6,863 bases of DNA, taken from IMG/VR virus record IMGVR_UViG_2740892230_000020; one strand, 5' to 3'. Positions 1 through 6,526 of this stretch are shown piece by piece. The notes below the pieces were generated by a model. That model had not been told where the DNA came from. It did not search any database and was given only the letters and a program-made list of their open reading frames with translations. The stretch is from a virus. Its lineage: Duplodnaviria; Heunggongvirae; Uroviricota; Caudoviricetes. Both the position numbers and the translations under genes were made by a program. Numbering within the stretch: the stretch's first letter is position 1; each line of letters opens with the position of its first letter.

Positions 1-168
1 ATTGCACTTCAGTTCGGTGGTGGTAATGAGGAGACGAATCTCTGGACGCTCTGTACCGAATGCCATCGACAAAAGTCTGCTCGTGAAGCGGCGGGTGGTA
101 TGCCGGACCCGACGCTGCCGGAGGTGTCCGGAGGTAGTGGCAGAGCGGACGACATCATCGGACTGTAA
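1..168 (+). CDS. HNH endonuclease, C-terminal fragment (5' end cut by window start); diverged second copy of the gene at 6604..6863
   Basis: Frame-1 translation from position 1 reads IALQFGGGNEETNLWTLCTECHRQKSAREAAGGMPDPTLPEVSGGSGRADDIIGL, then TAA at 166..168. It contains the C-terminal C-x2-C-H zinc knuckle of HNH nucleases. The nucleotide sequence is the near-identical reverse complement of 6604..6771. Absent from the ORF track because it is under 60 codons with no start codon in the window. Confidence 0.65.
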   Translation: MALQFGGGNEETNLWTLCTECHRQKSAREAAGGMPDPTLPEVSGGSGRADDIIGL

Positions 169-248
169 CCCGACCCGGGGGGGGGTATCATCCGGCGTAA
201 AAAAAGATCGCTTTGGACACCGCCCCCCCTCTCACGCAGAGAAAAAAT
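1..248. repeat. Left arm of an inverted repeat (HNH 3' end plus 80-bp flank); partner at 6527..6771
   Basis: By manual alignment, 1..248 is the reverse complement of 6527..6771 at roughly 94% identity. Differences: 8 clustered substitutions at 69..94, about 4 substitutions in the flank, and a 2-nt homopolymer length difference. Confidence 0.8.
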
Positions 249-258
249 NNNNNNNNNN
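249..258. other. Assembly/scaffold gap (10 N)
   Basis: Run of ten n characters. Sequence on either side is unrelated in content: inverted HNH flank to the left, 3' end of a minus-strand ORF to the right. Confidence 0.98.
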
Positions 259-520
259 GCAGTACATCCGGATCATAATCACGACCATCACGCGGTACCG
301 GAATGGTCCCCACAGCGTCATCCACCATCGCCTGCAGAACCGGATGTACCTCATCCACCGTCACATGCTTCTGTAATACCGCCGACAGGGAAGCCAGTTT
401 CTCTTCAAACGCTTGTGCCTGCGCGGCCATCTTCCCCTCAAATGTGCGCTGTAAATCCGCCAGCACCGTGGAGAATTCTTCGCCCAGTGCACGAATAATG
501 GACAGTTCCCGTTCCGTCAT
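259..520 (-). CDS. Hypothetical phage head-module protein, translationally coupled to the portal gene; 3' end lost in the N gap
   Basis: ATG at 520..518 overlaps the portal stop (517..519) in an ATGA arrangement. The open frame runs to the gap and encodes MTERELSIIRALGEEFSTVLADLQRTFEGKMAAQAQAFEEKLASLSAVLQKHVTVDEVHPVLQAMVDDAVGTIPVPRDGRDYDPDVL, which looks helical and acidic. The ORF-track extension to 188 crosses the N run and reads through the inverted HNH flank, so it is not trustworthy. I recognise no family. Confidence 0.45.
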
Positions 521-1881
521 TTTCTCAGTATCCCCCTGAACATCGCTTTCACTGCATCATGCTCTGTTTCACTGATTGCCTTATTACCGTCAGATGCGCC
601 GTCAGGCAGTTGTGCTGAAACTGTTTTCCCGGCCGACGCGAACGGGTCCTCACGGGCATCACGACGGGACAGCGCCTCCAGACTGTAGTTCTGCTGCTGA
701 AGATACAGTGCATCACCGCCGGCAAGGGGCGGCAGGTTCTCACGTTTACGGGCCTCATTGGGCGTGAGAAGCGTATTTTTCACCGATTCACCCAGTGTTT
801 TCATGCGCCGTTCGCTGTCCATTCTCAGCAGCGTGGTGACGTCAAACTCCGTGCTCTCGTTTTCCCCCGTTTCCAGCGCCTCATCCAGTAACAGCTCAAT
901 GGACTCAATCAGCGTCTGCAGACACTGGGAATAATACTGCTGCTCCAGCGCCTCCACGTTGTCACTGGAAGGCGGGTGGCCAACGCCAATCTTGTAGGCC
1001 GGGACACGGAACACCGAACAGACAATTTCAGCCGTCATTTTCAGTTGTTCCACCGTCTGCGCATCCACCGGTGAAAACGTCGTGGGGCTGTATTTTGCCC
1101 CGTTGCTCAGTATGGCCGTCTTCCCGGCATTTTCGCCCGTATATCCGCTGTCCCAGTTCCCCTTCAGTTTTTTCGCGTTTTCTTCCGTAATACTGCCGGG
1201 GACCTCAATCACGCCTGATGGTCGCCCGCCATTTCTGAAAAAATACGTCGAATTTGCCTGAATATGATGCCCCTGCATGGCCGCCAGCCCGGCGGCATAC
1301 ACCGGCGGCAGCCCCACAAGCGGATGAAAAAAACAGTTAAACCGGTCGTGGATCACTTCCCGGGCAGGCACCGTCACCGCCTCCGTGATCCCGCAGTTCC
1401 GGTCCGGCGTGATGCGATAGAACACCTCGCCGTCATCCGCCACCAGAGGTTCAACCCGGTTCCAGTCCAGAATACGCAGTTCTTTGATCTGCCCCCGGGA
1501 GTTACGGATTTTCAGCACCACCGTATTGCCGTGACGCAGTTTGGCGTTCAGCCACAGTTCAAAAAACTGGATACGATTCTGCTGTGCATTGGGACGACGA
1601 CAGAGACGGGCAATATCCCCCTGCCGTTTTTCACGGCGGATCCCCTGTGTATCGGTCTGCATCAGGCGCAGTCGCATTTTGGCGATATCCTGGGATATCA
1701 GCGAAATGCAAGAAAACACCGCGTGAAAGGACAAAACGGTTTCCGGATCGGCTTTCACACCCTGCTGCCAGGCACCGGCAAAAGGCTCAGCCACCGCCTG
1801 AAACAGGGACCGCCAGCCCACTTCTCTTACGTCACGTCCTGATTTCTGGTTTTTTCGGGTTCGCCGCAAAAGGTTCCACAT
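517..1881 (-). CDS. Phage portal protein (HK97-type portal family)
   Basis: 454-aa ORF. The region YFFRNGGRPSGVIEVPGSITEENAKKLKGNWDSGYTGENAGKTAILSNGAKYSPTTFSPVDAQTVEQLKMTAEIVCSVFRVPAYKIG matches the conserved core I recall for HK97-type portals (FF-NG-PSGVL, W...Y.G..NAGK, EI...F.VP). GGAG lies 8 nt upstream of the ATG at 1881. The start is uncertain: an in-frame GTG at codon 21 is possible if the 1827..2048 ORF is real. Confidence 0.85.
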   Translation of the reverse strand: MWNLLRRTRKNQKSGRDVREVGWRSLFQAVAEPFAGAWQQGVKADPETVLSFHAVFSCISLISQDIAKMRLRLMQTDTQGIRREKRQGDIARLCRRPNAQQNRIQFFELWLNAKLRHGNTVVLKIRNSRGQIKELRILDWNRVEPLVADDGEVFYRITPDRNCGITEAVTVPAREVIHDRFNCFFHPLVGLPPVYAAGLAAMQGHHIQANSTYFFRNGGRPSGVIEVPGSITEENAKKLKGNWDSGYTGENAGKTAILSNGAKYSPTTFSPVDAQTVEQLKMTAEIVCSVFRVPAYKIGVGHPPSSDNVEALEQQYYSQCLQTLIESIELLLDEALETGENESTEFDVTTLLRMDSERRMKTLGESVKNTLLTPNEARKRENLPPLAGGDALYLQQQNYSLEALSRRDAREDPFASAGKTVSAQLPDGASDGNKAISETEHDAVKAMFRGILRK

Positions 1882-2048
1882 TCGCCATGCTCCGCATCAC
1901 GTTTCTTTTTCTGACCTGCCGGACGTCGCGCTGTGATGTACTCCGCCTTCCCCAGGCGAACCAGCACCTCCGCACACGGCTGTGCCACATCACGGATATC
2001 CCCGGCCCGGGCATCATGCGTGCCCTGCAGATACTGGATTTTTGCCAT
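1827..2048 (-). CDS. Possible small ORF (73 aa) between capsid and portal genes; doubtful
   Basis: ATG-initiated ORF lying mostly in the 211-bp gap between the capsid stop (2093) and portal start (1881), with protein-like composition (MAKIQYLQGTHDARAGDIRDVAQPCAEVLVRLGKAEYITARRPAGQKKKRDAEHGE...). It has no Shine-Dalgarno within 5-10 nt of the ATG and overlaps the annotated portal start by 55 nt in another frame. Confidence 0.2.
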   Translation of the reverse strand: MAKIQYLQGTHDARAGDIRDVAQPCAEVLVRLGKAEYITARRPAGQKKKRDAEHGECGTFCGEPEKTRNQDVT

Positions 2049-2092
2049 CTGTTACTGCGGGAAGCTCGCGCCTCCCGCCCTCCTCATCAGAC

Positions 2093-4030
2093 TCAGCCAC
2101 CGGACGCAGTTCCGTAGTTCACACCGGTGATCACCGCCACTGCCGCGGTACGGCGACGACGCCAGTTGATCCAGCGCTCCGCACGGATGGCCACGCTGCC
2201 GGTCTGAAACATGGAGACCAGTTCCACCGGTGACGGTGTGCTGCTGTCGCTGGTCGGTTCAGACTGCATCTCCAGTGACGCTTCACGGGACATATCCACC
2301 GCCACACCGCCGTCATCAGCCAGATAAATATCCGGTGCATTCACCAGTACCAGCTGGTCACCCACATACTGGGAGACAATCACCGGAAGCCCCTGGAAGG
2401 TCCCGCCCAGCAAGGTCATGTCCGGATATTCCTTCTGCCCCAGCGCATTTTTACGCATGGACAGCGCCAGGGCATTCGTGCTGGACATCAGCCAGACCGC
2501 ACCGGTGGGCTGCAGATTTGCCGTCACAAACTGGCCAAACGCGGCCTCGGCATCCGCATCCGGGTTACCGGTTGATGCCGTGCCCTTCACATCATGGGTG
2601 ATGGACGCCGGGGAGACATCCGCCACCGCCGCTTTTTTCGGGTCCACAAAGTCTGTGTCCAGACGCGCCACCACCGCTTCTGCCAGCGCATTACGGACCA
2701 GCGCATCAGCTGCCGGACTGGAAAAACGGATCAGCTCTTCCGTCAGTACCGCAATGGCCGACACCTTCGCATGACTGAAGGTGATGGATTCAAAATCAAA
2801 CTTCGTCAGGGGTCTGGCCTTACCCTCCCCCACCCAGCCGGCAGCACCACCGGACACCTGGGCATGCACGCGGATATTGAACGGCACCTGACGAAGTGCA
2901 GGGATCCCGCCCTGACCAAATCGCCCGATAATGGTCTGCGGACGCAGGTAATCAATAAAGTCCTGCGCATATTCCTGGTATTCAGACAGGCTGCCTGCCC
3001 ACTGCGGGTCCGTGGTGGTCCCTGCCCCCACCGCCGATTTCAGGACATGATGCAGACGGCTGTCATCCGGATACTGACGACGGGCCACTTCCAGGGCTTC
3101 AGAGCGGACACCTTTAGCCGCGGCCAGTGATTTGGCAAAGCGGGCGAAACCAATCCCCTTCTCCAGTTTCTGCTCAACACGGATCACCGGCGCTGAAGCC
3201 ACCGTGGCCACATTCCCGTTACCGGCCTGTTTCACCGGCTGTGCCGTGGCGGCCTTACTGGTTTCCAGTTCACGCAGACGCTTCAGGTGCGCATCCACCT
3301 GACGGATTTCCGCTGCGGTGTTGTCGTAGTGCTCTTCCTCTTCCACATCCAGTGTGCGGCCTTCCTCTGCGGCTTTGTTCATGATCTCCTCAAGGGAGGC
3401 TGCCAGCGCCGCACGCTTGTTTTCAAAACTTTTAATCTGTTCACCAGTATTCATTGCTGACTTTTCCTTATGAAAAGAGGTTATTGACTGTGCCGAAGCG
3501 CCGGCAGAAGATGCGATTTTCACCACCGGTTTCCGGTTGCCGGACGCGGCAGAAAACGGGCGGTCGAAATATTTAATGGTCCGGATGGTGCATTCCGCAT
3601 TCGCGGGCACGGTGACGGCAGACACCTCCATCAGCTCCCAGCGCAGAAAATGCAGTCCGCCTCCGTCCAGATAAGTGTATTCATGGGGCCGGAAGCCCAC
3701 AGAAAGCCCCCTGACCAGCCCGGTCTTAATGGCAGCCCAGGCCTCATCCAGCCGGGCTGCCATCTGGGAGGGCATCCCCGGCTCCGGCTTCACCAGCATT
3801 GCCGTGATTTCCAGCCCTTCCCTGACCCGACGCACCGTACACTGGCCTACAGGGCGGGAATGGTCATGCTGCCAGAGAAACGGGATCGTACTGCCAAACT
3901 CCGCCCCCTCCGGCTCCAGGATGTCACCATCCCGATCCGGAGAAGGCGTTGACGCAATCCCGGTGATCACCCGTTCATCCTCGCTGAAGGATTTCACCGT
4001 CAGCAGGGAACAGGCCCGTTTAAGAGTCAC
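2093..4030 (-). CDS. Prohead protease / scaffold-like coiled coil / major capsid protein fusion (HK97 family)
   Basis: 645-aa ORF. The N-terminal ~165 aa carry HK97-type prohead protease motifs (ITGIASTPSPDRDGDILEPEGAEF; His in WQHDHS; Ser in VRGLSVGFRP, about 50 residues after the His). Residues ~190-280 are a charged helical segment (EQIKSFENKRAALAASLEEIMNKAAEEGRTLDVEEEE...LKRLRELE). The C-terminal ~350 aa resemble the HK97-fold capsid body. The GTG start at 4030 is preceded by a perfect AGGAGG (4036..4041 on +) with a 5-nt spacer. Confidence 0.85.
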   Translation of the reverse strand: MTLKRACSLLTVKSFSEDERVITGIASTPSPDRDGDILEPEGAEFGSTIPFLWQHDHSRPVGQCTVRRVREGLEITAMLVKPEPGMPSQMAARLDEAWAAIKTGLVRGLSVGFRPHEYTYLDGGGLHFLRWELMEVSAVTVPANAECTIRTIKYFDRPFSAASGNRKPVVKIASSAGASAQSITSFHKEKSAMNTGEQIKSFENKRAALAASLEEIMNKAAEEGRTLDVEEEEHYDNTAAEIRQVDAHLKRLRELETSKAATAQPVKQAGNGNVATVASAPVIRVEQKLEKGIGFARFAKSLAAAKGVRSEALEVARRQYPDDSRLHHVLKSAVGAGTTTDPQWAGSLSEYQEYAQDFIDYLRPQTIIGRFGQGGIPALRQVPFNIRVHAQVSGGAAGWVGEGKARPLTKFDFESITFSHAKVSAIAVLTEELIRFSSPAADALVRNALAEAVVARLDTDFVDPKKAAVADVSPASITHDVKGTASTGNPDADAEAAFGQFVTANLQPTGAVWLMSSTNALALSMRKNALGQKEYPDMTLLGGTFQGLPVIVSQYVGDQLVLVNAPDIYLADDGGVAVDMSREASLEMQSEPTSDSSTPSPVELVSMFQTGSVAIRAERWINWRRRRTAAVAVITGVNYGTASGG

Positions 4031-4042
4031 ATCAGCCTCCTG

Positions 4043-4068
4043 AAAATAAAAAAACCGCCGCAGCGGTT
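4043..4068 (-). terminator. Intrinsic-terminator-like hairpin plus U-tract between terL and the capsid gene
   Basis: Minus-strand RNA reads GAACCGCUGCGGCGGUUUUUUUAUUUUC. The stem AACCGC/GCGGUU closes a 4-nt loop and is followed by U7-A-U4, which runs directly into the AGGAGG ribosome-binding site of the capsid gene. The plus strand has no equivalent T-tract, so the element is orientation-specific. Confidence 0.45.
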
Positions 4069-4093
4069 CATGATGGTTACAGGGTGAGCAGGG

Positions 4094-5755
4094 TTATATG
4101 AAAAAAACCTCATACGCTTTCTTTTTCGGTTCCGGATTCAGGGACATCAGGGACACCGCATTGAAGAGCGCCATCAGCGGGTCAATTTTTCCCCGTCCGC
4201 TGGCCTGTTTGGTGATAAGAATGGCGTTACCTTTAGGCTCCACCCGGGCATTGCCAACGCACCAGGCCATCAGTGGCTGACCACCATGCACCAGTACTCC
4301 CTCAGCCAGTTTGCGCTCGGTGGTTTTTATGGCCCCGCCCAGCTTCCAGCCCTGGCTTATCCCCACAACAATTCCGTCGGGGATCCCGGCTTCCGCCAGT
4401 GAATCCAGAATCTGCCCCACACCTGACGGGTCAATACCGATATGCTCCAGTAACTCAGCCTCATGAATACGACGCACATACTCCGCCACTTCCGCCGTGT
4501 CATCCCCGACCCGACGGACAATCGTCATGTCTCCACAGGCCACAAAATCCTGAAAACGGGATGCCTCACTCTTCCGTCTGACCACCGCGGTTTCATGCGC
4601 CCAGGCATGGCCCCAGCCCAGCCATTCGCGGGTTTCCCTGTCACGGCCAATCACGTACATTCCCAGCAGATCATCCAGGCCCCCGCCGTCAATCCCCACC
4701 GTCACCACATCAGCGCGCTGCAGGATATCGTCCAGGCTGACGCGCCTGCCCTGCTGCTCCCAGAAATCCGCACCCGCCCAGCGGTCAGAACGCAGGGCAA
4801 GACCAATTTCCACATTGGCATGTTTTGACATGAAGCCACGAAATGCTTCCTCACCAGCCTCCCGGGCTTTACGGTACTCCCGGTACAGAAAAGCCTCATC
4901 CACCGAATAACCGAGATTCGGGTTAACCATGGCGAGGTTTTCCATCAGCAGGTGAGCCCCGCTTTCCACCATTTCAGGAGGATGCTCAAAAATCACCGGC
5001 AGAAAGTGCGGATCATGAATTTTGCCGTCACGGACATCCCGGGCATACTGCAGTTTCTGTCTGAACACCCCGGCGGGCGGTTCATTCGACTGGGTGGTCG
5101 TATACACCACAAACCCTTCCGGACGGGAGGCAAGCCCGCCGATGGCTTCACGTAGCATGTCTTCCGCCTTGTACTGCTTGCCAAACAGCCACAGTTCATC
5201 AATCAGTGTCCCCACGGACTTGATACCGGACACCGTATTCGGATCGGCTGCCACCACCTTCAGGGTGGTGTCCGTCACCCGATGGGTGATGGTCCGGATA
5301 TGTGTCTGCACCTGACAGAGGTCATCCAGATCATCGTCCCGTCGTACCATATCCCTGGCAGGGTTGAAGGCGTTAGCCGCCACCTCCACGGTCGGGGCCA
5401 GAATGGTGTAGCCCGCCGCCTGCCGCCAGTTCAGTAACAGCGCCGTCATCATGATCCCCGCAGCCAGCGTGGACTTACTGTTTTTCTTGGGGATAAGGAT
5501 AAACACTTCCTTGATATGGCGAACACCGGTCTGCGCATCGTAGGAGCCAAACAGGGCCGCCACCAGGTCAAACACCCACGGTGCACAGGACTCCCCGAAT
5601 GTCGGGCTACCCGGTGCATCCACAATTCGCAGTTGTTTAAAAATCGCCAGTGCATGTGCAGCCTGGTCCGGATAAATCGGAGCCGGAATAATCGACAGCC
5701 CCTTTTTCAGGCGCTCTGCCCAGTCCGGGCAGGCCGTGCTCCACACAGGTATCAT
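4094..5755 (-). CDS. terL: Terminase large subunit (ATPase/nuclease)
   Basis: 553-aa ORF. Walker-A-like motif in FILIPKKNSKSTLAAGIMMTALL, C-terminal nuclease-domain-like VTVGIDGGGLDDLLGMYVIGRD, and length and position typical of HK97-type large terminases. The ATG at 5755 overlaps the terS stop (ATGA) and is preceded by GAGGG with a 6-nt spacer. Confidence 0.9.
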   Translation of the reverse strand: MIPVWSTACPDWAERLKKGLSIIPAPIYPDQAAHALAIFKQLRIVDAPGSPTFGESCAPWVFDLVAALFGSYDAQTGVRHIKEVFILIPKKNSKSTLAAGIMMTALLLNWRQAAGYTILAPTVEVAANAFNPARDMVRRDDDLDDLCQVQTHIRTITHRVTDTTLKVVAADPNTVSGIKSVGTLIDELWLFGKQYKAEDMLREAIGGLASRPEGFVVYTTTQSNEPPAGVFRQKLQYARDVRDGKIHDPHFLPVIFEHPPEMVESGAHLLMENLAMVNPNLGYSVDEAFLYREYRKAREAGEEAFRGFMSKHANVEIGLALRSDRWAGADFWEQQGRRVSLDDILQRADVVTVGIDGGGLDDLLGMYVIGRDRETREWLGWGHAWAHETAVVRRKSEASRFQDFVACGDMTIVRRVGDDTAEVAEYVRRIHEAELLEHIGIDPSGVGQILDSLAEAGIPDGIVVGISQGWKLGGAIKTTERKLAEGVLVHGGQPLMAWCVGNARVEPKGNAILITKQASGRGKIDPLMALFNAVSLMSLNPEPKKKAYEVFFI

Positions 5756-6315
5756 CCGTTGCCCTCATTATCATTATTCACCACCAGGCGGGGTGGTGGT
5801 GGCACCGCAAAACGGTTAGCCGCTTTTTTCGCCGCGTCACCTTTTGCCGATTTTTTACCGGCATCCCCTTTTTTATGGTGCGTGAACTGCGCCAGCTTAT
5901 AAGCCGCATCCAGCGCCAGCCTGGGGTCGGTATTAATGTTCTCCACCAGAAGACGCCCCATCGCTTTCACCGGATCGGGAAGACCATCCTCCATATATTC
6001 AATACCAGGAGACATCACCGCGGACGGTGGCATCTCCGGATTGTTTTCGTCCGGCTGTGGTATTGCAGCCGCCTCACGGCGACGGGGTTTATCCTCCTGC
6101 TCTGATTTTTTCTGCCGGTAAACAGGAACCTCATCCACCTCCACCGTCTCGCATTGTTTACGGGCTATAAACGCAAGCACCTCCGGATCTTTTGCCAGCT
6201 GCGAGCCTTTAACCCTGGCGGTCTTCGCCGAATAACCAGCGGCAATGGCTGACGCTGTTTTGTTTTTCCCGGACATGAGCGCCAGCGCAAATTTTCGTTT
6301 TTGCGTTGTCAGCAC
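5752..6315 (-). CDS. terS: Terminase small subunit
   Basis: 187-aa ORF. The N-terminus LTTQKRKFALALMSGKNKTASAIAAGYSAKTARVKGSQLAKDPEVLAFI fits the helix-turn-helix signature of small terminases (LT-KQ..F...Y...N.T.AA..AGYS.KTA...G..LL..P.V), followed by a Lys-rich C-terminus. GTG start at 6315 is preceded by GGGAGGAGG. It sits immediately upstream of, and is translationally coupled to, terL. Confidence 0.75.
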   Translation of the reverse strand: MLTTQKRKFALALMSGKNKTASAIAAGYSAKTARVKGSQLAKDPEVLAFIARKQCETVEVDEVPVYRQKKSEQEDKPRRREAAAIPQPDENNPEMPPSAVMSPGIEYMEDGLPDPVKAMGRLLVENINTDPRLALDAAYKLAQFTHHKKGDAGKKSAKGDAAKKAANRFAVPPPPRLVVNNDNEGNG

Positions 6316-6385
6316 AGCCTCCTCCCGGGTCCAGAACGCACTCAGCCGGGTATGGTTCAGCCCATTTTTCCCGGCGTCTCATGCC

Positions 6386-6513
6386 GCAAATGTTAACTGC
6401 TGCCTGGTTAACATTTGCTGAAAAAGCCAGTTAACATTTTTTCCGCACAACAAACTGAATAATAAAGATAAAAACCGCAAAAATGCCCGGACAGCCAGTT
6501 AACATGTTAACTG
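6386..6513. promoter_or_regulatory. Array of GTTAAC-core palindromic sites (candidate terS-binding cosB-like sites or operator array)
   Basis: Five GTTAAC hexamers at 6392, 6407, 6430, 6498 and 6506, all within extended half-sites C(A/T)GTTAACAT. 6386..6418 is a 12-bp inverted repeat (gcaaatgttaac / gttaacatttgc) around a 9-bp spacer. 6496..6513 is a perfect 18-bp palindrome (cagttaacatgttaactg). An A/T-rich tract (6448..6485) lies between the sites. Confidence 0.5.
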
Positions 6514-6526
6514 CCCTGAAACGGGA

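Noticed and set aside
1882-2092. Programmed -1 frameshift joining the 73-codon ORF to the portal
   Set aside because: No canonical X-XXY-YYZ slippery heptamer lies in the upstream ORF's frame within the 55-nt overlap. The A-rich stretch (cgaaaaaacc) is slippery only in the portal frame.
1264-2117. Plus-strand ORFs 1264..1842, 1541..1726 and 1584..2117, antisense to the portal gene
   Set aside because: They lie largely within the minus-strand portal ORF, which has recognisable conserved motifs. Their translations are Arg/Pro/His/Cys-rich and low in complexity, typical of antisense shadow frames, and none has a convincing ribosome-binding site.
2131-4043. Plus-strand ORFs (2230..2601, 2418..2774, 2594..3130, 3127..3384, 3650..3952, 3675..4043) and minus ORF 2131..2340 inside the capsid fusion gene
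   Set aside because: All are nested in or overlap the 645-aa protease/capsid ORF in other frames, with skewed Pro/Arg/Ser/His-rich composition. The long minus-strand ORF with known domain motifs explains the region.
4098-5902. Plus-strand ORFs 4098..4280, 4273..4581, 4463..4828, 4952..5155, 5022..5315, 5516..5902 and minus shadow ORFs 4702..4899, 4993..5202, 5449..5655 within terL/terS
   Set aside because: Antisense or out-of-frame overlaps of the terminase genes. 4098..4280 starts with an attractive ATGAAAAAAACC but lies wholly antisense to the terL 3' end and has no features of a real protein.
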